Shown: in pieces, positions 17,609-26,771 of the stretch
Layout: every line of letters begins with the position of its first letter
Position numbering within the stretch: the stretch's first letter is position 1
Assembly: GCA_038321985.1 (NCBI GenBank)
Contig: JBBQFN010000048.1
Location: forward strand, 1-34,381
DNA: 34,381 nt
Origin: Cyanophyceae cyanobacterium
GTDB taxonomy: Bacteria; Cyanobacteriota; Cyanobacteriia; Cyanobacteriales; Laspinemataceae
Direction: 5' to 3'
Position numbers and translations under genes: made by a program
The notes under the pieces: model-generated
What the model was told of the DNA's origin: nothing
The model's database searches: none
What the model saw: only the letters and a program-made list of their open reading frames with translations

Positions 17609-18034
17609 TTAAGACTCCCAGTCGGGACAATCGCCCCCTGCTTCCCAACCATAAGGGTGCATCCCACAAATCAGTACATTTCCCCCATACACCTGACCGT
17701 GATAGTTGTTACACCCCATACAGGCAGAATATTTTTCCGGCGTGGGTTCCACGGATGATACAAACGAATTCGTATCCCCTGGAAAGTCATCTAATCCTAA
17801 ATACAGGTCAAAGAATGGATCGACTATTTCCTCAAAATATTGGTCGAGTTCGCTAAAAATAGTCGTTTGCAATTCTCCCGTGAGTTCTTCGGAAAGTTCC
17901 ATCATTTCTTCAGAAAACTTTCCGAGTACCTCGACGAATTCCCCGACTTCTTCAGTCAATTCTTGAAAGAAGCGATCCATTTCTTGTCCCGCTGTCTCTA
18001 ACATGGTGAAAAATTCTTTCGGCCAATCTTCCAT
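17609..18034 (-). CDS. Conserved cyanobacterial hypothetical protein, acidic, with Cys/His-rich C-terminus
   Basis: CMGCNNYHGQVYGGNVLICGMHPYGW…CPDWES. Confidence 0.75.
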   Translation of the reverse strand: MEDWPKEFFTMLETAGQEMDRFFQELTEEVGEFVEVLGKFSEEMMELSEELTGELQTTIFSELDQYFEEIVDPFFDLYLGLDDFPGDTNSFVSSVEPTPEKYSACMGCNNYHGQVYGGNVLICGMHPYGWEAGGDCPDWES

Positions 18035-18067
18035 AACCCTTTGCCTAATGATTTCAGGAAGCGATCT

Positions 18068-18436
18068 CTAATCATTCTGGAGTCGCCGCAGTTCATCCTG
18101 TAACGATTGTACCTGGTCGCGCAGGTTATTGACCTCTGGGGGTTTCTCCTCCGGGGGTTCTTCATCATCTAAAATTTCAATGCGACGGGGTTCTCGGGGG
18201 GTTGTCTGTTCCGATTGGGGCTGCTTGATCTGCTGCTGGCCCTGTTTCATCATGTCTTCAACAAAGCGGCGCGCGTCTTCGGTACTCATTTCGCCCCGTT
18301 CGACCATTTCATCGGCTAGCTTCTGGGCTTGGTCCCGCACTTCGGCTAATTTTCCCGTGGCTTTTTCGCCCGCGTAGGACGCGATCCCGACTCCGAGATA
18401 AAACGCCTTCTGTACCATATCACCGAAACCAGGCAT
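18068..18436 (-). CDS. Phasin-like / coiled-coil conserved cyanobacterial protein
   Basis: QKAFYLGVGIAS, ADEMVERGEMSTEDARRFVEDMM, EPRRIEI; AAGGAG RBS. Confidence 0.75.
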   Translation of the reverse strand: MPGFGDMVQKAFYLGVGIASYAGEKATGKLAEVRDQAQKLADEMVERGEMSTEDARRFVEDMMKQGQQQIKQPQSEQTTPREPRRIEILDDEEPPEEKPPEVNNLRDQVQSLQDELRRLQND

Positions 18437-18530
18437 AGGCAGTATTGCTCCTTAGTACGCTGAGGTTACTGCTTCCAGGATAAGGCTAATAGATACCGAG
18501 TGACCACAAGAAAGAGGTACTAAAAAAAAG

Positions 18531-18626
18531 TGACCCGGATACCACGCCTGTCATAAGCATCCCGTATTGCTGCTACCTTCCGGTCCTGACAAAGTTTGGG
18601 CGTTATGACCGCATGGGTCCAGGTCA
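18531..18626 (-). ncRNA. ffs: Signal recognition particle RNA (small bacterial SRP)
   Basis: Minus strand contains TCAGGACCGGAAGGTAGCAGC (domain IV with GGAA tetraloop); ends TGACCTGGA/TCCGGGTCA pair; T-run downstream; TATAGT -10 at 18633-18638. Confidence 0.95.
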
Positions 18627-18707
18627 TTTATAACTATATCATGGTGATCAAACCCTTGTCTAGGGGTTGACGGAATATTTTTTAATTTCTTTGATTTAAG
18701 GTGTTTG

Positions 18708-18974
18708 TTATTCGACGACGATACACCACTCATAAAGGTCGTACTTAACGCAGCCATGTTTAACTAGAGGGTCTTCAGCCACGATCTGCTGGGCTTCTTC
18801 CATTGACTCTGCCTCAAACAGCAGCATTCCGCCTCCGCGTCGTTGCCAATAGCCAGTTTTGGCTTTATGCCCTTTGGCGATTAAATCTTTGATGTACGCT
18901 TTGTGTGCGGGAACGTAGCGATCAAAGGTGGGCTTATCCACGGTTCCTTCTTCTATCTTGACAAACCAGGGCAT
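18708..18974 (-). CDS. YciI family protein
   Basis: AHKAY, GGGMLLFEAESMEEA…EDPLV. Confidence 0.85.
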   Translation of the reverse strand: MPWFVKIEEGTVDKPTFDRYVPAHKAYIKDLIAKGHKAKTGYWQRRGGGMLLFEAESMEEAQQIVAEDPLVKHGCVKYDLYEWCIVVE

Positions 18975-19335
18975 TGGATGTGGTGGTCAGGGGTTAAGGT
19001 TAAATGGGATTGGCCTGTGACTCTGGGGAGTGCAGGTCATTGCAAATTTTATCATCAAATGAGGGTTAGGGGTTAGGGTTGCCTTGAAGGAGAGCGATCG
19101 CACAAAAACTCACACCCGTTACCCCCAAAATAGAAGCATCCCCCAGGGGGTTGGACTCACAGGCATCGGCAACCAAGCATATACGTTTGTTGTTGCACTT
19201 TGTACCCGCCTTGTTAGGAGGGCGACTGTAGAACACTCGGTTATCGAGGGAACTTCCTCCCCACTCGAGTCGCTGTCTTTTTTATTACATCACTGAGTTG
19301 TTTGATTTCCCCTTGATTTTTTATCGACTTGTATT

Positions 19336-19570
19336 TTATTGTAAACTTACAAATCCCGCTTTCCGAATTAATTCTTGCCCCTGTTCCGTTAACAAAAATT
19401 GGGCATAGGTCTCCCCCGCTTGTTGGTCAATTTGTCCATTTTCTTTAACCACAACTACTAATCTGCGACTCCAGGGATATTCCCCACTCCTAAATACATC
19501 TAAATTGACTTCATTGCGCCGCTGAGGACATCCCGCCAGCGGAACAAAGGGCAATTTATAAGGCGCTTTA
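19336..19570 (-). pseudogene. C-terminal remnant of a PstS-like periplasmic-binding domain gene
   Basis: PYKLPFVPLAGCPQRRNEVNLDVFRSGEYPWSRRLVVVVK…YAQFLLTEQGQELIRKAGFV resembles a PBP2/PstS C-terminus; upstream frame is closed by TAA. Confidence 0.65.
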
Positions 19571-19835
19571 TTGAGGCGACAAGATTTACTCCCGGGAAAT
19601 TAACAGTCCCCTAATTCTGCGATTGGATGAAGCAAAATCAGCCCAACGGAACTATCTAAGTTGGAATGGCAGTGAGGTAGAGGAATTAAGGGAATGTGGG
19701 GAAGGACATCGCTATTGAGTCCGATTAGCCCTTGAAGATGTGACGCTGAGGCAGTTGATGCCAGAATTATCTATCCCGAAAGACTAAGACGGCGATCGGC
19801 TATTCTGGATTCCAAACCTTGACTTAAAATAGCTG

Positions 19836-20258
19836 ATGCCCTTTTCTTATCCTCGCACAATTCGCTTTGCAGATACCGATGCGGCTGGAGTCGTCTATTT
19901 TGCTAACATTCTCTCAATCTGTCATGAGGCGTATGAGGCATCACTCACCGCCACCGGAATAGAGTTGCAGTCGTTTTTTAATGACCCTAGGGCCGCCATT
20001 CCCATTGTTCATGCGAGTGCAGATTTTTTTCGTCCCCTGTTTTGTGGCGACGAAGTAACGATCGCCCTCATCCCTCAATCCCTAAGTGGCGATCGCTTTG
20101 AAATCTGCTATTGGGTTACTGTCCCCTCCCTACCGACAGAACGCCCCCTGGCAAAAGCCCGAACTCAGCACGTTTGCATCGATCCCCAAACCCGAAGCCG
20201 CCAGCCCTTGACTTCGGAAATGATGCATTGGGTTGAATTTTGGTCCGAATCAAAGTAA
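19836..20258 (+). CDS. 1,4-dihydroxy-2-naphthoyl-CoA hydrolase (4HBT-type thioesterase, cyanobacterial type)
   Basis: [18 protein letters not shown]…[15 protein letters not shown]; adjacent to men genes. Confidence 0.88.
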   Translation: MPFSYPRTIRFADTDAAGVVYFANILSICHEAYEASLTATGIELQSFFNDPRAAIPIVHASADFFRPLFCGDEVTIALIPQSLSGDRFEICYWVTVPSLPTERPLAKARTQHVCIDPQTRSRQPLTSEMMHWVEFWSESK

Positions 20259-20397
20259 AATTTTTAAAATATTTACAAAAATTTGTAAATCTTAATACGG
20301 TTTTTAACGAGGTTTAATATTATAAATAGATCTTAATAAGAACAACGTGGACTGAAATGAGTGTTCACCATACTTTCCTTCTAAAACACTTAGCAAA

Positions 20398-20736
20398 ATG
20401 AAAATCGAACAGGAACTTTATCAACAGATCCGCGAGTTAGGATATTGGGATCGCACCGATCAGATTAACGACCGTAACGAGAGTCATCCCCTGGCAAGGG
20501 CCTGGTCAAATCCGAATACCACCGCCGCCCCTGAAACGATGTTCCAGATTGTCTGGCTGCTGAGTTCGAGTAAAAGACGGCAACGACTCAACCCAATCGA
20601 TGTGCGAATTTTAGACCGGGCAGCGGCGGATTTGGCAGAGGACGGACGAATGGTCCCATCCAACCAGTCTTATGTAAAATATCTGTGGGAGCAAGTTTAC
20701 CACATGGAATTTCCCCATGTGATGGGAGAAAGGTAA
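20398..20736 (+). CDS. Hypothetical protein
   Basis: 112-aa ATG ORF filling the gap, with its own AT-rich upstream region; no recognised motif. Confidence 0.6.
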   Translation: MKIEQELYQQIRELGYWDRTDQINDRNESHPLARAWSNPNTTAAPETMFQIVWLLSSSKRRQRLNPIDVRILDRAAADLAEDGRMVPSNQSYVKYLWEQVYHMEFPHVMGER

Positions 20737-20772
20737 AGAACTCGCCTGCTTTTTATGAATTTTTAATTTCAC

Positions 20773-22212
20773 TTAAGGCATGACTTGATTTTTGAATTGC
20801 ATTAAAACTCTTTCTTGAAGCTGATTGTGCGAGATTTTTCCGCGATCATTACGAGGTAGACTGTCTACTTGTACCCAATATTTCGGATGTTTAAAGGCCG
20901 CTAATGTATCGGTGAGTAATAAGGCGATCGCCTCCGACTTTACTACACCATTAGGAACATAAACCGCCGTCACAACTTGCCCCCAATCTTGATCCGGTAT
21001 GGCGATCGCACAGACATCTTTAACCAACCCTGTCCCGCGAATTGCTGCTTCCACCTCTGCCGGATAAATATTTTCACCCCCACTAATAATTTTATTGCTG
21101 CTGCGTCCAACCACAGTTAAATATCCCCCTGGACCTATAAAACCTAAATCATCAGATTGAAACGAGTTTAAATTAGAATTAAATCTGTCTAAATTCTGTG
21201 GGGGATAATACCCCTTGGCTAGAGAATCTGCTTGGATTGTAATAATTCCGGTATTACCCGGTTCTAATTCTGCCCCTTCTGGATTAGTAAGGGCAATTTT
21301 AGCATGAGGTAAAACCCGACCCGAACTATTATTTCCCGCTAAAAAATCCCCTGGTTTGAGGGTGGCAATCTGTGAGGCAGTTTCCGTCATTCCGTAGGTA
21401 GGAGAAAGCGGAATTGCGTACTTTCTTGCCCGTTCCAGCAACTCCGGCCAGGGCGGTGCACCTCCTAATAAAACTGTGTTAAATTGAGATAAATAACGGG
21501 CTGATTCAGGCTTATCTAGTAATCGATTTAACTGTGTGGGTACTAAAGAGATAAAAAAGGGTTCAGGGTTGATTTGGGTAACGGCTTGTTCTAAAATTAT
21601 TTTATAAGAAATAAAATTTAAAAATTCCCCGCCAGTGGTGAAAGAACGGAGAAATTGCATCAACCCGCTAACGTGAAAGAGGGGTAACACGCAGAACGAG
21701 TTAACTCTAGAGAGTTGGAAATACTCTGTAAATCCAGCTACGGATGCCATTAAGGTTTCCCAGGTATGAATAACAAAGCGTATTTCACCCGAAGAACCGC
21801 CGGTAGGAATCATAATCCCCGAGGGGATAACAGCAGGGGAATTTTGACAAGAATTTCCCGGAAAATCCTGCCCGTTATGCAAAATTCGATGAGGTTGAAT
21901 AATTTCAAGTGCGGCTTTCCATTCCCAGTCAAGCCAGTTAGGATTGCCTAAAAAAACCGGACAATCTGCGGCAACCGCTGCTATAAAACCGGCTAAAAAT
22001 TTTACTGGATCTCGTTCGGCTAATAACAGAGTGGGGGAAATTTTACTGGCAGTTAATTGGGTGAAAAAGGGTAAAGCAGTCGCCCCTAAACCCTTTGGAT
22101 CTTCCTCCATCCACTTTATCAAATCCTGTTTCTGCCCGATTGCGTGGGGGAGTTGGCTTGGGAGAGTCCCCGGCTTGAGACTGTAGGCATTTTCAAGGAA
22201 GAAGTCTACCAT
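20773..22212 (-). CDS. menE: O-succinylbenzoate-CoA ligase
   Basis: IPTGGSSG, LPLFHVSG, YGMTETASQ, DDLG, IISGGENIYP; men cluster context. Confidence 0.93.
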   Translation of the reverse strand: MVDFFLENAYSLKPGTLPSQLPHAIGQKQDLIKWMEEDPKGLGATALPFFTQLTASKISPTLLLAERDPVKFLAGFIAAVAADCPVFLGNPNWLDWEWKAALEIIQPHRILHNGQDFPGNSCQNSPAVIPSGIMIPTGGSSGEIRFVIHTWETLMASVAGFTEYFQLSRVNSFCVLPLFHVSGLMQFLRSFTTGGEFLNFISYKIILEQAVTQINPEPFFISLVPTQLNRLLDKPESARYLSQFNTVLLGGAPPWPELLERARKYAIPLSPTYGMTETASQIATLKPGDFLAGNNSSGRVLPHAKIALTNPEGAELEPGNTGIITIQADSLAKGYYPPQNLDRFNSNLNSFQSDDLGFIGPGGYLTVVGRSSNKIISGGENIYPAEVEAAIRGTGLVKDVCAIAIPDQDWGQVVTAVYVPNGVVKSEAIALLLTDTLAAFKHPKYWVQVDSLPRNDRGKISHNQLQERVLMQFKNQVMP

Positions 22213-23231
22213 AACCGTAGTAAGTCCCCATTATCCGGTTCAAATAAATGGTCCACGCCAAAACCAAGGGCGCGATCGCGGCGAGTTTGAATTTCCGCTG
22301 CCAATTTCAGGGCAGCCGTTTTGCCAATTTCCGTTTCAAACACCGAAGAAAAAACCCCATCAATTTTGTTTAAATTGCAAAACTGTCGCAATTCTGAAGG
22401 AGAACCGGCAATACAGGGTTTAATTACATAAATTCCCCGCCAACCCTGGCGATGGGCGGATTGCATTTGTGGCAAAGTGGCGACGGATTCATCTAAGGCG
22501 ATCGCCGTTGAAAAGCAGTCGCATAACTGTAGCATTGCCTCCAACTCCGTCACAGGCAGAGGTTGTTCCAAATATTCAATCATTCCTCCAATTTCATCAC
22601 AGACTTGTAACCATTCCCTAGCATCCGCCAAGCTGAATCCCCCATTGGCATCAAGGCGTAAAGAAGCCGGTTCACCCGCTTCTTGCAAGGCAACGGCAAG
22701 TTCTTGTAAAATCAGGAGTTCCCGCTGTAATGGTAAGACCCCAATTTTCCATTTAAAAGTTCGATATCCCTGTTTCCAGAGGATTTGACGCCCCAGTAAA
22801 GCACCTTCTCCCGCCGGTAATAATCCACTATACCCAGGTTGTGAGGGGGAAGTTTCTTCTTCTGAAATAACCGCTTGAAACTGACTTTGGAGACTTACAG
22901 ATTCCCATGCCGATTCAATGCCAAATTGACAAGCTGATAAATTAGCAGGAATCGAAAAAATAGTTCGATCTGTAATGACATCAGACAGTTGACGACAATA
23001 TTCCAATGCTTCTAGGAAAGTTTCGGATCCAAACCAGCCAATTGGTGCAATTTCACCGAATCCTACTCTTCCCGACTCCGTGGTTAGGCGCAGAATAATC
23101 CCCTCGCGAATTTCCCAGATGCCGTGACTGGTTTGCAGGGGGCGTTTAAACTTGCGTTGATAGGGACGAAACTCGAATTTATAATTCATACTCTGCGGTT
23201 GCCATGAAAAAGGGAGGACATTATTAGCCAT
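22206..23231 (-). CDS. menC: O-succinylbenzoate synthase
   Basis: Enolase superfamily: TFKWKIG, LRLDANG, EQP, ALDES, VIKP; start may be 23189. Confidence 0.93.
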   Translation of the reverse strand: MANNVLPFSWQPQSMNYKFEFRPYQRKFKRPLQTSHGIWEIREGIILRLTTESGRVGFGEIAPIGWFGSETFLEALEYCRQLSDVITDRTIFSIPANLSACQFGIESAWESVSLQSQFQAVISEEETSPSQPGYSGLLPAGEGALLGRQILWKQGYRTFKWKIGVLPLQRELLILQELAVALQEAGEPASLRLDANGGFSLADAREWLQVCDEIGGMIEYLEQPLPVTELEAMLQLCDCFSTAIALDESVATLPQMQSAHRQGWRGIYVIKPCIAGSPSELRQFCNLNKIDGVFSSVFETEIGKTAALKLAAEIQTRRDRALGFGVDHLFEPDNGDLLRLW

Positions 23232-23290
23232 TGGGGGACAGCCATCCCATCAGTTTCACCGAACCCCTGATCATGATAGGGGCGATCGCC

Positions 23291-24088
23291 CTAACTTGAG
23301 AAGAATTTTATCACTGATTTGACATAGACTTTGGGATTTTCCCAATGGATCATGTGACCACTATTTGAGATGATTTCCATTTTGGCAACGGGACAGACTT
23401 GGATAATTTTTTGATTAATTTCTTGAAATTTGTTATCCCATTCTCCAACCAGCAACAGCAGGGGAATGGAATCAAGGGGCAACAGTTCCCAGAGGGAGGG
23501 TTGACTGCCGGTTCCCATTTGTCGAAGGGAAGTTGCTAAGGTTTGGGGAGAATTTTGTAAGCGCTTTTGGAGGAGGCAATCAAAGTTATACTGATTGCGT
23601 ACAGAATTAAATAAAGGTTGTTGATACCACTGGATTAAAAAGTTATAAAAATCCTCGGTTTCGAGTTTTTGGGCGAGAATTTCATCGCGAAGCCGACGTT
23701 GCGATCGCGCCTCGGAAGAGGGCAAGCCCGGTGAAGCCGATTCTAAAATCACCTTTTTAAAGCGATCGGGAAAATGCAGAGTCAGATACAATGCCAATCG
23801 CCCTCCCATCGAATATCCCAGTAAATAACACCGGGAAATGTCTAACTGGTTTAGTAATTCTATTAATGCCTGGGCTGTGTTAGGGATTTGATAACATTCA
23901 TCTCCCCCCCAAATCTCGGTTTTACCATGTCCCGGCAAATCCACGGCTAAACAGCAAAACCTTTCCGATAGCAGTAAAATTACCTCCTGAAAGCTGTCCT
24001 GATTTCCCATAAACCCGTGCAGAAATAAAATTAAAGGCTGGTGTTTATCTCCCTTAATTTCATAGAAAAAGTTATAAAAATCTAACAT
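23291..24088 (-). CDS. menH: SHCHC synthase (alpha/beta hydrolase)
   Basis: LHGFMG, DLPGHG, GYSMGGR, LESASPGL, GTGSQPSLW. Confidence 0.92.
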   Translation of the reverse strand: MLDFYNFFYEIKGDKHQPLILFLHGFMGNQDSFQEVILLLSERFCCLAVDLPGHGKTEIWGGDECYQIPNTAQALIELLNQLDISRCYLLGYSMGGRLALYLTLHFPDRFKKVILESASPGLPSSEARSQRRLRDEILAQKLETEDFYNFLIQWYQQPLFNSVRNQYNFDCLLQKRLQNSPQTLATSLRQMGTGSQPSLWELLPLDSIPLLLLVGEWDNKFQEINQKIIQVCPVAKMEIISNSGHMIHWENPKVYVKSVIKFFSS

Positions 24089-24105
24089 AATTTTAGCAAC
24101 GCTTA

Positions 24106-24129
24106 AGGGAACGGAGAATACCGTTCCCT
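24106..24129. repeat. REP-like hairpin between menA and menH
   Basis: AGGGAACGG-AGAATA-CCGTTCCCT. Confidence 0.55.
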
Positions 24130-24139
24130 ACCAATAGGA

Positions 24140-25036
24140 TTACAAAATAAATCCTACCCCCAACAATAACCCACTCCAAAAATGAACTGCAATGGCAATA
24201 AATTTGCAGTTACTCACTTTTTCTGGGCAGTCGTGATGGGTAGCAACATGACGGCAAAGTTGGAGACTCGACGGCAATCCGATAAAACTGAGTAACGTCC
24301 AAATGGGGAAACTACCCGCAGCAACCAAGGCACCCGTGAGGGCGAAAATACTCCCACAAAACCAAGGTAAGAGTTGAGCACCTCGGTGAGTGCCAATGCG
24401 AACCAAAGGCGATCGCTTGCCGGCGGCTAAATCATCCTCAACTTGATGAAAGTGGGAACAAAAAAGCACCAAAGTCGTAGAAATTCCTACTAAAATTGAT
24501 GCTAATAAACTCAGGCTAGACCAACTCTGGGCTTGGCTGTAATAAGCCGCAGAAACCCCCAAAGGACCAAAGGCAAAAAAGCATAAAAATTCCCCTAACC
24601 CTTGATACCCTAGGCGGAAGGGGGGGCCCTGATACATATAGCCCAAGCCACAGCACAGCAGAATTAATCCCAGCACTGTTAAATCATTTTGCCACCAACA
24701 AATTGCCCCAATCCCTAAAATACCGAGGACTAGAAAAAAATTTCCAGTCCAAAAAATTAAAGATTTATTGCCGGTTAAATTAACTAAAGAATGATGCTTT
24801 TGTTTGTCAATTCCTGTTTCGGAATCAAATACATCATTGCTGATATTTTCCCAGGCTACAATCAAAATGGCGGCGCTAATAAAGGTGAAAAATATCGACC
24901 AATTCAGAGGATAGCGCTCATACCAAGCCACAGCAGTTCCCACCCAAATTGGCATAATTGCCACACTATACATGGGGGGTTTAATGGCAGCTAGCCATAA
25001 CTTTTGATTCGAGGGCTGAATGGTCTGAGTTGTCAT
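24140..25036 (-). CDS. menA: 2-carboxy-1,4-naphthoquinone phytyltransferase
   Basis: AAIKPPMYSVA, NISNDVFD, YQGPPFRLGY, HFHQVEDD…GKRSP. Confidence 0.95.
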   Translation of the reverse strand: MTTQTIQPSNQKLWLAAIKPPMYSVAIMPIWVGTAVAWYERYPLNWSIFFTFISAAILIVAWENISNDVFDSETGIDKQKHHSLVNLTGNKSLIFWTGNFFLVLGILGIGAICWWQNDLTVLGLILLCCGLGYMYQGPPFRLGYQGLGEFLCFFAFGPLGVSAAYYSQAQSWSSLSLLASILVGISTTLVLFCSHFHQVEDDLAAGKRSPLVRIGTHRGAQLLPWFCGSIFALTGALVAAGSFPIWTLLSFIGLPSSLQLCRHVATHHDCPEKVSNCKFIAIAVHFWSGLLLGVGFIL

Positions 25037-25204
25037 TGATTATTCCTATTATTCTTCCAACCAGCCTGATCATTTTACGATGCGGGATAGAAAAGTCTGA
25101 AAGTGTGAAATAAAAATTAAGAATTAAAAATAGACCTAGAGGAAGAACCCCACCCTAATCCTACCCAAGAATCAGGGGAGGGGACTGGATTGGTTTGGGG
25201 GGTC

Positions 25205-26572
25205 CTATGGCACTGGGGACGAGAAAGCAGGCGATCGCCTCTGTTTAACGACGAGTTGGAAGTTGGCAGAGGGCACAAACGTGATGCCTCGACGGTGGGG
25301 CCCAATGGGTCCCTGATTGCAAAGGGCCAATTCATAGCGGGAGAGGGCCGTGGCGAGGACCAGTTTCATTTCGTACATGGCGAGGGCCATACCGATACAA
25401 CTGCGACTCCCCCCACCAAAGGGGAAATATTCATAAGGTGAAAACTTGCGATCGCAAAAACGCTGGGGCTTAAATTCCCAGGGTTCCGGGTAAACCTCCG
25501 GACGGCGATGGGCTAAATAAATGCAAGGAACTAACGCCGTCCCCGGTGCAAATTCATACCCCTGAATTGTTACCGGTTCCTTCACCACACGGGGTTGAGA
25601 AATCAAGGCAATGGGATACAAGCGTAGCGCTTCTTGACAAACCGCTTGTAAAAAGGGCAGTTGCGCCACTGCTATCGGATCCGGGCTCTTTCCGAGACTA
25701 TCCAGTTCCGCAACCAATTGCGATCGCACCTGGGGGTCCCGATGAATCCAATAGAAGGCCCAAGTTAAGGCAGAGGCAGTGGTATCATGACCCAGAAGTA
25801 GCAGAGTAATCAACTGATCTCGCAATTCCGGTTCATTCATCCCTTCTCCTGCTTCATCTCGCGCCGACATCAGCATGGAGAGGACATCACTCCCCTGAGT
25901 TTTACCTCGGCGATCGCGAATTTCTGCATAAATTAACTCGTCAATTTGCCGCTGTTGGCGCAGAAATTTCCCCCAAGGACTCCAGGGACCTAAATCTTGT
26001 TGTAACGGATTCCAGAAAAACTGCACCGAGTTGAGGGTGGAGTTAACCGACTCTAAAAAGGGTTCGATTAGGTGTTGCAGTTGCTGCGATCGCACCCCAG
26101 GATTGATCCCAAACACCACCCGCAAAATCGTTTTGAGGGAAATTTCCGACAGAGACTGGCGTAGATTGAGACTTGAACCCGGTTGCCAATGGGCGATCGC
26201 CTCCGATGTGATTTCACTAATCTGGTTGCCATAGCTTTGCAAGCGTTCCCCATGTAGAGGAGGCATCAAAATTTGCCGCGTCCCTTGATGTTTGGCCCCA
26301 TCCTGCATAATCAGGGATTGGGACCCAGTGAGAGGTCGAAACGGGTCAGTGATTTTCCCTAACTCAAAGGACCCTGCCGCCGAGGTAAAAATCTGTTGAA
26401 TCGCATCAGGATGGCTAAAAAACACCACCGGAGGAGAGTTTCCCCCCAATAAATGCAGAGTGAAAGGGTCACCATAGCGCGCCGCATTCCTTTCCAGATA
26501 GGCGATGGGATTAGCAATCATTTGTAGCGCTTGCAGAAAAAATGGCACCCTAGGGCCTACTGGCAACTTCAT
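25205..26572 (-). CDS. Cytochrome P450 (CYP110-like)
   Basis: I-helix LLLGHDTTA, EALR (ExxR), PQRF, heme motif FGGGSRSCIG; ATG at 26572 preferred (ORF track 26605). Confidence 0.93.
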   Translation of the reverse strand: MKLPVGPRVPFFLQALQMIANPIAYLERNAARYGDPFTLHLLGGNSPPVVFFSHPDAIQQIFTSAAGSFELGKITDPFRPLTGSQSLIMQDGAKHQGTRQILMPPLHGERLQSYGNQISEITSEAIAHWQPGSSLNLRQSLSEISLKTILRVVFGINPGVRSQQLQHLIEPFLESVNSTLNSVQFFWNPLQQDLGPWSPWGKFLRQQRQIDELIYAEIRDRRGKTQGSDVLSMLMSARDEAGEGMNEPELRDQLITLLLLGHDTTASALTWAFYWIHRDPQVRSQLVAELDSLGKSPDPIAVAQLPFLQAVCQEALRLYPIALISQPRVVKEPVTIQGYEFAPGTALVPCIYLAHRRPEVYPEPWEFKPQRFCDRKFSPYEYFPFGGGSRSCIGMALAMYEMKLVLATALSRYELALCNQGPIGPHRRGITFVPSANFQLVVKQRRSPAFSSPVP

Positions 26573-26771
26573 CGAACCCCCTCTCAATCCCTTAGTGACA
26601 TACAATGCTGAGAATGCGGGATCTATTTTACCTGGCAGATGTCCCCATCAAGTGCGCCTGTGCCATCAGAACCGTGGGATGGTTAGATAGATAGGAGGTA
26701 TCTTTGCCGGTACCCTCCGCAAACCGGGGGCTATTTCCCCCCAACCAGCCCAAGAAGCCATCCTTTCCTCC

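Noticed and set aside
18551..18757. 68-aa ORF
   Set aside because: Overlaps the SRP RNA and yciI; spurious.
19061..19080. Telomere-like GGGTTAG repeats
   Set aside because: Under three copies; resembles ordinary cyanobacterial short tandem heptamer repeats.
19084..19296. 70-aa ORF
   Set aside because: TTG start, no recognisable motif; cannot be supported.
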